Source: Yuukianura sp. NJ FZ-2021 (Eukaryota). From it: DNA of 64,000 nt. The position numbers and the translations under genes were made by a program. This document shows, one piece after another, positions 1-13,850 of the stretch (position 1 is the first letter of the stretch; every line of letters begins with the position of its first letter). Below the pieces are notes generated by a model. That model saw only the letters and a list, made by a program, of their open reading frames with translations, did no database searches and was not told where the DNA came from. The DNA is taken from positions 15,128,001 to 15,192,000 of the forward strand of contig CM102285.1 in assembly GCA_046563655.1 (NCBI GenBank). The letters run 5' to 3'.

Positions 1-519
1 AATGTTTTGACGCAGAGAAAGTTTTCCAAAAACTTTTTTTTTGTTAGTTTAAGATAAAAAACTTTGTAACTTGCAAAAAAAATCGCAAAAAAATAACTCA
101 TTTTTTGATCAAAACAAATTGCGTAGATGCTCCAGGAAGAGAGGAAAAGAGAAAAGACTCCTGGAATTCGCTGGACAAAGTTTCAAATCGCTGGGAAAAG
201 GCCGAAATTTCTGGAAAAAGGTCTCAAATCGCTAGAAAAAGATGAAAGAAACTCAAAGAATGTTAAAGATTTAATTAATTGCATTGCCGGATCCTCTTGT
301 CTTTTGATCCAAAACCACCCGCAGCATCCAGCATCTTTTCTCTCCTCCAGCATCCAGCATCTGCTCTTTCTCCACTTGAGTTGAGTGGAATCTAATTGGT
401 TGTTTTGGCAATTAGGCTCGCTTTGAGGTTCCTAAGTTTACTCTTCGTTAGGTTAAGATTAGGTTGGTTAGGTTTAAGCTCCGGCTTTCCCAGAAACCTA
501 AAATGTTTTCTGTTTTCAG

Positions 520-3500
520 TTGGATACAGAATCTGGTTGCATTTTGAAATCTTCGAGGTTGGAGAATCAGCCGGAGGACATGAGGGAGAGGAAGGTGGAA
601 ATTCTGTTCTGGAAATTCCTGGAGAAGTTCCTGGAGAAATTCCTGGAGAAGGAAACAGTTGTACAGAGGGAGATCATGTGGTGATCAACCTGTTGAGTGA
701 CACAGACTCTCTTGAAATGAGAACTCCAAGGGGACGGAGAGGTGACCTTGAGGTCAACACCAGAAATTCAATCCTCCTCTGTGGCAACTTGACCTCACTT
801 CCGTTCCGAACGTCGTTCGTGTCATCGGCCGAGAAGCTCCGAGTCCAACTAATTTCCAAAGAGGGACGTCGAGGAAGAGGATTTCTGGGAAAATTTAAAG
901 CAGTTTCAACTGGAAATTCTCCAGGAATCCAGGAAAATTTAGTCGTGAATCTCCAGCCCAACACTTCTCTCGTCCTCACTTCACTCAACTTTCCATTTCC
1001 ACCGCCCCCTCTAGTGAATGTGACGACTGTTCTCACAACTCCACCGAACTACATAGTTTCAGTGGAAATTAGGGGCGTGGTCACCCCCAACTGCCAGGTC
1101 AAGGTCAACTCTTTCCTGGTCATCCACGATCCCTATGTTGGAACAAATGGAACTTCTTGGATCATTTGTAACCCCAAAGTCATCTCATTTGGAAACTGGG
1201 ATGGTGGGGGGTCAGGGGAAACTGAGAATTATGTGCTGGCAGCATCCAGTACTTCGGATGTGCTGGTGAGGTCAAGAAATGTCCGCAGAGCACAAGCATC
1301 CAGTACTTCCTTTCACTCTACTTTCAACCGACTAGAGATTACGCAAGTATACAAAGGTCAAGGCCCAAGGACCAAGTGGAACGCACAAGTCTACACTAGC
1401 CTAGGTTAGTTTATAAAAAATAAAATCAAAATTTTGAAAAATTCCAAAATTTTGAATTTCAAAAAAAGCTTAAAAATTTTTGTTCAGATGAAAATTTCTT
1501 GGCGAAAGTTCGTTCCGGTGGAGATCGACTTCTACTGCTGGATGCTTGTACACCCAATCCATGCTTGAATGGAGGAAAATGCATTACCGATGGAGACAGA
1601 CACATTTGTAGATGTGCCTTGCCTTATACAGGTAAACTTGAATGGAACATCATAGCTCAATGGTTAGAGCTCTTCCCGGATTGAAGAGATACGGGTTCGA
1701 GTCCTCTCCGGTGATTCTTTTTTCTTCACTGCTTTTCTTTGTCTCTCAAGCCGTGTGGGTCCGCCTTAAACCCCAGATTGATTAATCGATTCTCTTAATT
1801 GATTAATTAACAAAATACTTACATTTTAAACCATTTTGATCCATCTAGGTCCATTTTGTGGTCTGAGTGTGTGTGACCTGAGTCCCTGTTTGTTTGGCGA
1901 CTGTTTTGTGGAAGACACTTCTTACCGATGTCAGTGCTACCTTGGATATGCGGGTGACAACTGTGACCGAAGGGCCAAACCGTGCATGCGTGACAGCAGA
2001 GATCGGGAAGACAAATGTAGTGGACGCGGAGAATGTGTTGAAGTGAACGATACGACGTACAAGTGCCTCTGTCATGCTTTCTGGGAAGGTGAAACCTAAT
2101 TGTCCACTTTTTACTTGGAGAGGTCAAAGGTCACAAGGTCAAAGTTGGATTTTTGTGATTTAGGACCAAGATGTGAAAGTCGGATGCAGAACTTTCCATT
2201 TCGGCCGCTTTCTGAGCGGATGCTTAGAGATCCATTTTGGTTGGGGATCATCACGGTGGGAGTGGTGCTGGGAGTGATTGGATTGGCTTGGTGTCTCAAA
2301 CGCCACTTTCCAGAAAAACTGGAGAAGTTCCTCAACGACGACCTGGACAAAAACAGAAGAATTTCATGGGGTACGGTCTAAAAACTCTAATTGGAATTCC
2401 AAACTTAGGCAAAACGTAAAAAAGTTCCATTTTTGTGCCATTTTTCAATGTGAGTTGCAAATTTTCAAAAAAGTTGCTGTTTGCTTTTGCTTTCTTTCTC
2501 TCTTGTTCTATCGATTTTTGTCTTAACTGTGTTTAGTTTTGTGAGTGACACGAACAAAAATACTGTCTAAATTAGGTTTTGAAATGCTGGAAGTATTTTT
2601 TGGAGATGCTGGAAGCATTTTGTGCAAAGTATCTTTTCTCCAGTAGTCGTTCCAGGTGGAATGAAAATAAACGCTGGAAAAGACTTTCTCTCTTTTACTT
2701 TCTCTTTTTCTCTCTTTTCTCATTTCCGAATTTGGAATTTTCTCTGGAGAAATTAGTTTTGGAGTCTGGATGAATTAACTTTTAGTGGGACTGACAAGAC
2801 CTAAGCTGCTTCACACAAAATTTCACGCGTAGTTACTCCCTCCACTTCCTAAACTTTCTGCCAAGCGGATAAATTTACTACTCTTACACTTTCCTTCTCT
2901 CTTCATAAAAATCCACCACATCAAAATTAGTCTTTATTGAATTTGCGAGATTAGGAAATTTAGTTTAATCAAGAAGTGATCATTTCTTTGCGCATCGCTG
3001 CTTAAAGTGCCTTCTTTCACAAAAAGTAATAAAACGTGACAGCTTTTTGCTACACCAAGTGCATCATGTGCTTTGATCTCTCCAAATGAATCTGCTTTCT
3101 GCTTCGCTTGAGCGTTTTGGCTCCATGTCTCGTCTGTTTTGTGTTTGTAATGAAACGGAAGCGATTCCAGCACTCCAGCACCTGTTGAGGCACTAGAAAG
3201 TTGACCTCTGACCTCAGGGTCATTGACCTCTTCACAATGCCGCTTGAAACGTTGACCTTTGACCTCTGGAGTCGACCTTTGAAGGGTCAGTGACCTCTGG
3301 AGCATGTCCTCATCAATTCCTGCTGGGATGACGAAGCAGTGAAGTTGACCTTAAGTTGAGGCGTGACCTAGCGTGACGTTGACTAATTAAATTTGAAGGA
3401 ATGATTTGATTGGTTGTTGGGTGTTTAGTGTCCTCAAGATCTCCTTCGTCTTTCCGGTTAGGTGGAGGATGTTCATATCATGGAGTGAGGGAGGCTGCAG

Positions 3501-6500
3501 TGGCTGGATCTTCACAACAACCAACCAGTCCTCAAACTGCAAGATCTTTTCTCGGAAGATTCGCCATCCGCAAACCATCTCTACTTTCACTCTCATCTGC
3601 CACTTCCGTGTCTGCTGCTGCCACGAGTCCACACACCTACGAAAACAGAACTTTCAGCCTCGATGATCTACTCAGACCATCCAGAAGCAGCATGATGAGT
3701 AAGGCAACACAATTTAACACAAATATTTCCACTTTACTTTTTAAAAAAGATTTCACTTTTATCCAGAAACTCCCGACTTTCACTAGAAACCGCTTTACTT
3801 TTACGCCACTCACTTTTTTTCTAGTCCAAAAACTCACTTTTCCCCCCAACTTTCAGTTTCTTTCATGATGAAATTCCCTATGCACAGAAAACTTCTCTTT
3901 CGAACAATTTTAGGACAAAAATCAACTAGACGTGTTTAAAAAAAAATTAAAAACCATTTCAATTTCACCATTTGAGCCATTTCTCAAGCGTCAAAATTTT
4001 TGAAAATGACGCACAGCTATTTCACTTTGTCCTATGTTGATAGTTTCCAGGGATCTTCGACATATTTTAAAGTTTAGACTGGAAAAAATCGGAATGATGA
4101 ATGACTTTTAACTTCTGAATTGTGAATTTTCTTAAAAGCTGTAAAGTGACTTGAAATTTTAGTTTCCTTGGACTTGAAGATGTTCAGCAGTGAAAGTATT
4201 ATTTTTCGAAAGTGTGTGCCTAAACTTGTAATGGAATTCAATTAACAGAATTAGTTTAACGTTAAAAGGAAAAATGGAAAGTGATTGTTGAACTTTCCAA
4301 TTTCCACTACACCCATTTTCATTACAAAGGAAAAAATAACACAAGGGAATTGGAAGTTACAAAAACATGCCCAATTTGTACCACTTTCTCCCACATTCTC
4401 TCCACGTCCACTCTCATTTCCAAACTCCATTTTAATCAACTCTAAATGCTACTTTTTACTTTTACTCTTTTAAGTTTCACGTTTTGTACTTTTACTTTTT
4501 ACTTTACTTGCAGGAACTCCGAGTCCACATCGAAGACGGAACTTCTCCATCCACTCCCGCCGTGAAATGCCTTCGAGTGAAAAGCAACAAATTCTGCAGC
4601 AACTCGTTTCCTCCGGAGCCAGCGTGTCTCTGGATGGAAATGAATCAAAACCATCCACTCCCAAACCCACCATCGCAGAAATTATTCAGATGAGTGAAAA
4701 GAGACTTCGTTTGGCCAATCTCGGATCTTCTATGCAAAATGAGCCTTCGACTTCTTCTTTTTCAATTTTCATGGACAAAGCAGTAGTTGAAAACGAAACG
4801 AGTTTTAGCAACAACCCGGGGAGCAGTGCCACCCAAATGAGTTTAAGTGCTGCAAGCAAAGCAGAGAAAAAAGTGACATTTGCCCGACTCATGGACAAAT
4901 TGACGGCGCATGACATGTCGTCATCTTCATCTTGTTCAGATTTGAGTTGTGCCGAAGATAACACAAGGACGATAGTAGTTAATCCGAAACCACCGAAAAA
5001 AGACCGAAAAGGGAGACTGAAGAGGAGTAAAGCTTGGAGCAGAGGACGAAACAGCGAAACGGATCAAGACGGGTTCGAAATGTCGAGTTCCGATACGACT
5101 CCGGATCCGATCTGTCCGCCGCGCTTTCCGTCCAGAGTTTGTGTGAGTCCGACCGGACTGTCAGTGTCGGCCAACAATTCACCAAGTTCCAAAACTAGTG
5201 GGAAGTCGATACCGAAAATGGCCAGTGCCGATTCACTTTTGGCACTTTTTAGACGGTTTTCTGGATCCGGTTCGGCTCCACCGAGTCCCCAGTATTCGGA
5301 AAACGAAGAATCCTCGGCAGGTGGTAAAAGTACATTTCGAAAAATTTTTGAAAACTTGAAAAAAAAAAATTTTTTTTGAAAAAGTTTTGTGCCGTTTGGG
5401 AACAGTAAACGATTTATTGGATAGGGACTGATAGCTCAAAGGTTAAAGTGATTCTCGGATAGAAGAGACATGGGTTCGAATCCCACTCTGTACATTCTTT
5501 TTTACACTTTCGTTCTTTCTCTCTCAAGCTGTGAGTCAACCTCACAATTTTTCTAAAATTTCGTATGTGTTTTTAGGAGCAACGCCTCTGTCTACTCCAA
5601 GTTCCCCCCGGAATTCCGCCTTGTCTCTGAATATTCGGCCTCCAGCGTTTCTCATCACAACTCCGGAAGGATCCGTTGACGCTTCGACGTCTCCAGGTCA
5701 CGACCAAAGTGGAGCCCCGGGGTCATGGAGGTCACAGGCACAGAACATGAATGTCATCAGCCTTGAAGTGCCCTTAAGGGAACACTGCTTGTCACCAATC
5801 CACGAAGTACCCACTCCCTTACCAACGCCTTCGCATTCTCCAGCACATTCTCCCATGATGCACAGATCCAAAGAAGAAGATTCCAGTGGCCACTGTCACG
5901 GTCTGCCCATGATCAAGCTCCAACCAAGTTCGGATGTCGACGAAGACGAAACAGTGACCGAAAAACAGAAAAAACAGAAAGCGGACAAAAAATTTCCACT
6001 AGTGATTCCCAAAATTTCGATTTCGGAGGAAGGTGAAGATTGCATGATTCTGCTGACGGATCCGGATCCAATACCGATACTACAAACCGATACGGATCCG
6101 ATACCGGTATTTGATGACCGCAGATGGACGAATAAGTGCCAAGAAACGATTCCGGATGTCCTGATCCATGGTCCATCGGAATTACCACAAAGATTCAGTT
6201 TCGATGAAGGCGAAATGTCACGAGCCGATCCCGGTTCGTCCCCGATTCGGACCAAAGGGCGTCCACCACCTCTGATTTTTGCAAATGAGATTATGAGCGA
6301 AACGAAAACGGATCCGTTCAAAACCGAAACTGTTTCAGACCGAAGTGACCGATCCTTGCCCATGAGCATTCCAGTAGTCAATGTCCAGGATCCGACACCT
6401 ACCGGTACTCCTGCAATGACACCCATCCAGGAAGAGTTACCGATCCGTTCTGATCCGATCGGATCGAAACCGATCCCGCCCGACATCACTGCCTTTGCTG

Positions 6501-8923
6501 TCATGGTGAGTCCAAAACCGTGGGACATTCAGAGCATGCGCCAAACTACGTCACATGTTCCACTCCTCCCGCCCATGATCATGGTCAACCAAAACTCAGA
6601 ACCGGAATCAGACAGCGATTCGACAATCAGGAAATTAGTCAGTCGCAAACCGAATTTAGCATTTCTGAGTCCTTTCGTCGGAACAGCGGATAGAGTTCCG
6701 TCGGAATCCAATTTAAGTACTTCCGGCTACTCGTCCATGGCCAGTCCATGTCCATCGAGGTGTCCATCCGTGAGTCCACTCTGTCCAGACATGATGGACG
6801 ACTATCATGGGACAGGTCACCACCATACGTTCAGAAGGTCATCGTTGGTCACTCCGGGGTCATCCAGAAAATCTTCGTTGACCTTGACCCCCCGGAGACT
6901 TTCTCTCAATGCGACATCGCCTCTGGTGTCGTCATTTGCGTCGAATCTGCTTGGAATGGGATCTGCTTGCGGAATTTCAAGTTTTGGAGAAAGCATGGAA
7001 CTGCTGGAAACCGATCCGGATCATCCCACGACCGAAACGGAACCGGAAATGGCCGACAAAAAACCGAGAAACCGAGAAAAAGAGGATGAGACTCCGGAAC
7101 TTGCCGAAGAATTTCAGTTTCAGCAGTTGCTGCAAGTTCCGAGAAAAAATTTACCGAAAAGTCGGAGTTTGGACATTCCCGAACGGGGTATCGGCGGAGG
7201 TCAAAGGTCAAATTCAGGAGCCAATCAGGGCGGGGTTAAGAATCAACCAATCAGGAAAGGCGATAGTTTGGATTCGAAATTAAACAGTTGCTCTGGAATG
7301 CCGAGTTCTTCCGGATTTCCAGCACTTGAATTTCCTTTGACTAAAACTGGAATCGCTGAAATCGCTGGAAACTCGGAAAGAAAGAGACTTTCTCCAGTGA
7401 GTTCCAGAAGTGACAGTAGCATGAGTGAACTGAGCGTGATTGGCTTAGTTGGTGGCTTCACTTCGCCAATGACAGACTCAGATGGAGTCTACGACTGCGC
7501 AAGTTCGGAAGTCCAAAGTGGAACCGGGAATTCCCGGGAAATGAGAAAATGCTATGCAAATTCTCTTTATTTGAGTCCCTCTCAACAAATTAGAAGAAGC
7601 GGCAGAAGAAAAAACAGGAGGAAGATGTCCGCGGGCGGGAAGAAATCAGTTATATGTTCTCCAGTTTCAACGGTTTTACCTCTGCAAGATGATAAAAATC
7701 GAGGTCAAGGTCAAGGTCAAGATAGTGACACGACTGAAATGAATGTGTCCAGACTTGCGACGCTTCTGCGCCCAGCGCTCCTCAAGAAAACGCCAACTAG
7801 TTCTACGAGTCCCAAGAGACGAGTTCGTGCTCAAACTAATTTAGATGTAACTTCGTCCTCTTCGGAGAGCCTCAATTCTCTGAGGTTGGTCCAAACTTAA
7901 ACTTTTCCCCACTTCCATTTAGTTCTTGTTGTTTTTAGAAAAGTAGAAAAAAAATAGTCCAGAGAGCAGCGTTCGAACTGGCGACTACTAATTTTTGGTT
8001 GTGTTTCCAGAACATCTCGCAGTCGTCTCAGCTCCCCATCTGCTGGATCTCCAAAATTGAGTAAACCCAGCACACCAAAAAGTCCAGTAGACGTTTCTCC
8101 AGAAAAAACTGACCAAAACCTGGACAGTGTGGACAATAAAAGCGTTTCGGTAATTAAAAAAATATAAAAATGACTTACTGTGTAACCTTTTTGTTTTTGT
8201 TCAAAACTTTGACAATTTAGACGCCATTTGCACCAGTTTCGGCTGAAGTTCTGCATGTAATGTACATTTAAAAAACAACGGCGTCAAACAACTAAGCGTA
8301 TGAAGTTTTCCAAAAGTTAGCGTCATTTCTACTAACTTTAACGTGCTGCCTAACCACTGTTTAGAAAGTGTGTTCGTCTTAAAAAATCAAAAATTAAAAT
8401 GTTACAGTTGCTTTTTTGAAGATTTATGGGAAAATATTTCATTTTTGTAAATTTCAACAACTTTTTGAATCTGTTTTGCAGACGTTGCCGCTACACTCTC
8501 CGTCTCCAGGTTCAGAGCGAAGAAGAAGCAGTCGGGACAGAATTATTTCTCCAATACCTCGTTCACGTCATCGCAATATCTCGCGCTCACGACTGCGCAC
8601 AATCAGTTTACAAATCAGGTACTAAATTATAATAATTATTACAAATAATATATAATAGATAATTATTAATTTATAATTAACAGCTTGGTTGAAACAAACT
8701 TTTCCCGTTTTTTAGATTTCTACGAAGATTAGAACGGAGTTTGATCCGAAAACGGGAAAAGTTGAATTCCGGCGGGTCAGTGCGAGGTCAAAGTGGGTCA
8801 AGTGAGAGTTGCAGCAGTTGTAGTCTCTGCTCCACTTCCTCCTCCTCCTCCACCTCCTCCTCCTCCGAGGAAGAGGAGGAGGGAGGCGAAAGGTCACGAC
8901 TTATGTCCACGTCAACCAAATGA
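520..8923 (+). CDS. CUB + EGF-repeat type I membrane protein with a ~1300-aa Ser/Pro-rich cytoplasmic tail; 5'-partial, starts upstream of the window
   Basis: Phase-consistent GT-AG exons: 520-1404, 1488-1631, 1849-2088, 2164-2370, 3429(or 3462)-3698, 4514-5323, 5577-7884, 8011-8149, 8482-8618, 8716-8923(TGA). CUB-like motifs (GYRIWLHFEIFEV...LCG; LTSLNFPFPPP), three EGF repeats (CTPNPCLNGGKC, CDLSPCLFGDC, CSGRGEC), and a TM segment FWLGIITVGVVLGVIGLAWCL followed by KR. Confidence 0.85.
1644..1757 (+). mobile_element. tRNA-derived SINE-like element, copy 1 (intronic)
   Basis: Pol III A box TAGCTCAATGG (1653-1663) and B box GGTTCGAGTCC (1694-1704), then a T-run and a tail ending in ctctcaagccgtg. 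No pairing acceptor stem. Colinear with the copy at 5424. Confidence 0.65.
3200..3370. promoter_or_regulatory. Intronic cluster of nuclear-receptor half-sites (two IR1/EcRE-like, two DR1)
   Basis: GGGTCAtTGACCT 3217-3229, GGGTCAgTGACCT 3284-3296, TGACCTcTGACCT 3202-3214, TGACCTtTGACCT 3253-3265, plus further TGACCT near 3346 and 3364. Confidence 0.4.
5424..5537 (+). mobile_element. tRNA-derived SINE-like element, copy 2 (intronic)
   Basis: A box TAGCTCAAAGG (5432-5442), B box GGTTCGAATCC (5473-5483), T-run and tail ctctcaagctgtg; same layout as 1644-1757. Confidence 0.65.
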
Positions 8924-9252
8924 AGACAAATGGATGGCCACTGGTCAGAAATGAGAAAAAGAAGACCATGAATCTGCGTTAATCGTTGCCTTTGCTTTTC
9001 TTTTCTCCTTTGGAATCGAATTTTCATCGCATTTTACAAATAACATTCCATTTTCCATGATCAAATTCGCATCTTGCTCATATCTCTTCATAAAGCACTA
9101 ATTCAAATACTAAACAAATACTATCAAATGCAATCCAATAATACGAAAACGTACCTGTCACGTGGGATTTTCACTTTGATTGATTTTGATTATTTTTTGG
9201 TAACTTTTGAGATGCAGAGTTTTAAATCTTTGGTCTAAAAAGTGTAAAAATT

Positions 9253-11977
9253 TTAGACACGTTTGTTGAAGTGACCTCGATTAGTAACTTTAGAAGGCTT
9301 GGGGGTGGGAACTTTTTCTTTGGTGGTCCCACCGCCAAACCACCCGCTGAACCACCCTCCTCCGCTGGATTTCATGCCGTGATTCTCCAGTGAAGCTGTT
9401 GTTTGAATTGCATCACTCGAACTGAACGTTTGGGACTGAAATTCAACATTTTTATAAAAGTTGAAGTTTTTAGCATGCTCAATCTTTTTTTTCATTTTTG
9501 GTAGAATTTTGTTTTTTTCTCACCTCCAGTAACTCGTGAGCTCCAATTTGATTTCCAAAGACGTTTCGACGAGTGACTTGGTTGAACACGGAATCGTTGG
9601 CCAGTTTGGCCCGAATTTCAGCAGCGTTATTTGTACCGCCAATCTCAGCAAGAATTGCTTGTTTACTGCAAATCATCAAGCAACAATCAGTTTTGCACTT
9701 TTTTTTTGAAATTTTGAACACCAAAATATTGGACTGACTTGAAACTGCCGTGAGTTTTGTTGTACTCTCGCATGACCTTGAGATCTTCCTTCCAAAATCG
9801 GTTTACGTTCTGTCGTGTTGTGTGAGGCGCAACCTCCTTCAACTAAACAAAAATAACGTCAAACCATGTTTTTAAAATTTTTGGAACAACTTACCTTCAA
9901 AATGAGGAATCCACTGATGAGAATGAGTATAACTGTGGAAAAATTTAAAGTTTTAAGGATTTCTCTCAACTTTTTGAATTCAAGTGTCAAGTTTTTGGAA
10001 TTTATCACTCACTGTTGACAACCGTAAGTCCTAAACTGACGATTCCGAGGAGGCCGTACTCCATGACGACATTTTTGCAGTAAAAATCCGGAACGTCGTA
10101 GCCTTCACGCGTGAGTCGGAAGAGATGATCTGATTTGTTCCCGTCTCCAACGTAACTGTCACAAGGAGTCGCATATGGATTGTAGCCAGCCAATTGAAGT
10201 TTTACGGTAATCACGGCACTCATTCCAAGGAACATTCCCTAGAGCAAACAATAAAAACTATAAAACTATAAATTAAACTATAAAATATGTTATTTTATAA
10301 GCAAAACTTATACTACTTATAAAATAAATCTTACACAGTTGACTGCTGGAGGAAGAAGAGACGCTGAAATGGCCACTCCTACAAGCGATCCAGCATTTCC
10401 AGCCAGAATCGATAAAGCGACACCAGCACCCGACGGAATGGCCACGAAAGCACCAACGGCAATACTTCTGATCTTTCCTCTTCCAAGCATTTCATCGGTT
10501 GGCCAATGTTTCAGTGAAGCCCATGGACCTACGATTGAAAAGAGAGATTCAACTTTTTAAAAAACACAACTGACGTAAGTTAAGTTTTTTACCAGCAAAC
10601 GGCGCAGAAGTTACGCAAACTCCAAAGATGAATCCAATTAACAAGCAAATTGACAAGCCAATCAGTTCACTCACGACTCCAATTTTCACCAACTTCTTAT
10701 CCCGAACGACTGATCCAAAACAGCCAGCCATGATTGGTCCCTGGTCAAATTCAAAAAACTTTGAAATCAAAATTTCAAAAATTTCGAAATTTTGAAAGTG
10801 TTTTTTTTTTACCATGAGAGGAGAAATCAACATGCTGGCGACAATGTTGACTGAACTGTTCTCCAGTAGACCAAGAGCCGCAATTGTTGCAGCGATACAC
10901 AGGAGCAGAATGTAGTCAAAAGTGATTATGGCATTGGCTTGAACTGATTGCACAACTTGCGCAACGGTGAGTCTCGATTTGATGGAAGCGATGAACTGCT
11001 GACCAAACGAAGACGCATCTCTTTTTCTAAAAAACGTTTTCGAAACGTTGAGTTAAGCAAAAACGTTTTTCTAGAAAATCAACAGTGTCTTACTCCTCCA
11101 TTGGACTAGTCTCTTGCTTGTTCGGATTGTAGTAAATTGTGGCTGAACAGACACTGAAAAGCAAAAGTAATCAAACAATTTGGCTACGTTTAACATAATC
11201 TAATTAGTAATTGGTTACGTCAAAGTTGAGTCATATTTGGTTCCAATGCCAAGGTTGAGTAGGAAGTTGATGATACTTTCAGTACGGAAGTCTTGGACGG
11301 TGAAGGATATCTGTGAAAAGTTTCCGTCAACGGATTGACCCCACGTCGCATCATAGATCAAGAACGCAGTCAGGGCATCTTCAACGTGCTATTTCAAATC
11401 AAAAACTGCAGTTTTATAGTTTTAAGTTGTCAATTAGTAATTGGTTACACTAAATAGTTTACCTTCTCCAGAAACGTATTTGCAACGTTTTTAACCGGGA
11501 GTGTCCCGCCAACTGGAGACTGTTTCCTGTCCTTGTCATCTTTGCCTCCCCTGGGATAAATGACCATTGAATCCTGTGACACGACGATGTTGGCCTTCTC
11601 TCCATTGACCAATGCTTCATACACGTCCACGGTGGAGCCAGTGGTGGATCCAATGCTCCCTCGGTTGTCACTGGCCCCACCACTCCCTGCTCCGCTATCT
11701 TTCCCATCCGAATCCTTAGAACCCACACTGGTCCTCTCTTTGCCCAAACGAGCATCAGAAATCTGAAGATGGGAGGCTAGGAGATCCTTGGTCCTAATAA
11801 TACAAACACAACGGGTTAATTTCAGTTAATTGATGTTAAAATCAATTAATCGGTGAGTCAATTAACTTAAACTTACACATTGTCAACTTCCTTTTCCACT
11901 TTGATTTGAAGGGCCCTCTGTCGCAGAATGACTTCATACTCTCTTGTGGGAACGTTAATGTAAAACAGTGAACCCAT
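9253..11977 (-). CDS. DUF389 domain multi-pass membrane protein
   Basis: 12 phase-consistent exons: 11977-11877, 11793-11463, 11388-11219, 11153-11094, 11026-10813, 10740-10593, 10528-10335, 10238-10013, 9932-9895, 9842-9739, 9665-9524, 9435-9253. Motifs IAALGLLENSSVNIVASMLISPLMGPI, WPTDEMLGRG and SLVGVAISASLLPPAVNCG are typical of DUF389. Confidence 0.88.
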
Positions 11978-13850
11978 AGTTCATACAAGCACAAATCTAC
12001 TATGCATAACAATTAAAAAATTAAGTTTTAACATGAAAAGGTCATAAGGTCAGAAGTGAAGGTAAAACAACACGAATTTAGAAAAAAGAATATGAGAATA
12101 AAAAACTTTGTTTGTAAACAAACATTTGAATTTGGCGCGCTGTCAAGGAAAAGTTTTTTCATTCATATTTTCTATTTTGGAGTGCGCATGCTCTTACGCT
12201 AAGCAGGAATTTGTGGAATGTTTTACGCACGGCTAATGAATGAGTGACAAGTGCCATTCATTCACTCAGGTCAACTCCCACGCTTTCACTTTTTCAAAAA
12301 TTTAACAAAATTTTCGTTTTTTTTTAACTTTTTATGAATTTTTTCTTTGAAAAGTATGAAACTCAGGCTTTTGAACTTTTGAACAACAATTTAATTGGTG
12401 CTCGTGCAGAAATCGCAGTCTTTAATTGTGTCTTTGCAATAAAAATTGATTTCAAACAAAAGTCAGAACTGGAAATTGCGTGGACTTTGAGCACTATGTA
12501 GTACTTATTAAAATCATAATTCAAGATTATCTCTTTCAAAATCCAGTTTTTTATGCAAAATCAACCAAAACTCGTTTGGAAATGTGAATGTAGAGGACGA
12601 TTTAATCCGGTTTGGATTGGTTGATCTTGAACTCTCGCGGAATTACAGTCGTAATTTAAACTGAACAATGACTATCATTCACAAAATCTAATTGGCAACA
12701 GACACAACTTCTTTTGGGTAGGTGAAGGTCAGGGATTTCCACACAAAATGAGCAACAGTCAAAAAGAGCCACAGTCAAAAAGAGCAACAGTGATTCTCAC
12801 CCACAAGGAATTTATTCCTATATTTACGATTTTACAATTTTTAGTTTAAAACAATGAAGAAGCTTTCAGGTTTTTTTAAGGATTGTAAAGACACCGAGAT
12901 ACTGTTATGTTTTGGGCTGAAGAGTAAAAAGGGGGCCCTTAGAATGTAACACACCCGTGTTTACTCCAAATGTTCAAGTGAGACCCTTGGCCACTTTGTT
13001 TGACAAGGGTACAAGGGCCCTTCTGTTCTTACTCAAACGCTTTCTAATTTCCCTCTCTCTTAACTTCAATGGCTCCCCTTGTCAACTTCTAAAAGCACTT
13101 TACAACTTCCCTTTCAGAATAATGAACTCAACTCCAGGAACTAAACAATGGCAGGTCTAAGGGCCCCCTCAAGTGGACAATGGGCCCTTTGGACCAGAGA
13201 TCACTTTTCATAAGGGTCTTGATGGACGATAGACGGACGTTGGTTAAGGGACTTTTCAAAAGGTGGAACTCCAGGGCGGAGTTTGATCTGAGTCACTCCA
13301 GAAGGGCTCAGGGCCCTTAAAAGTTGACCATTTCTGAGAAGGATGTTGTTGGTAGTAAGTGATGGCGGGGGTACTTTGAAGGACGCTGGGGGGACTTGGT
13401 GCCAAGAGTCAAGTAGAATCTATTCTTCCGTAAAAGTTGTAGACGGACCCTTTGCAGTCCCTGGAGCCCTTAGATGGATGAGGTATTTGGAAAACACCTT
13501 TGGAATCAAGACCTGTCATTGACTTGAAGGGCCCCTCCACTTGAGGAGATAAAATATACCGTAAGATCTCAAGGGCCCTTGGTCCCTTGAATCCATTGTT
13601 CTCCTTCAATGGACTTCCAATAAGTTGACGCCACTCATCCTCCCATTCTTCTCAGACAATCCAAAGATCAACTCCATCATCATTTTCTGCTTCAAGGGCC
13701 CTCCGCCCCCTTTGCCTTTTAAAAAGTTAGTTCAAACTTCACAAAAGCTTCTTATTTTAAAAATTTCAAATTCAAAACCCTCAAAACTTCAAATTTTGAT
13801 TTCAAAAATTAAATGAAAATATTTTTGGTTTTATTTAAGTAATGGAGTTG

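Noticed and set aside
1644..1715. Functional tRNA gene (also considered for 5424-5495)
   Set aside because: The acceptor and anticodon stems do not pair, and the shared non-tRNA tail fits a SINE better.
5896..7461. Antisense and alternative-frame ORFs (e.g. 210 aa at 5896-6528)
   Set aside because: They are shadows of the long plus-strand exon and have no recognisable motifs.
13157..13720. TGA-readthrough or selenoprotein ORF on the minus strand
   Set aside because: In-frame TGAs are present, but there is no recognisable protein family and I could not identify a SECIS element; decay or chance is more likely.
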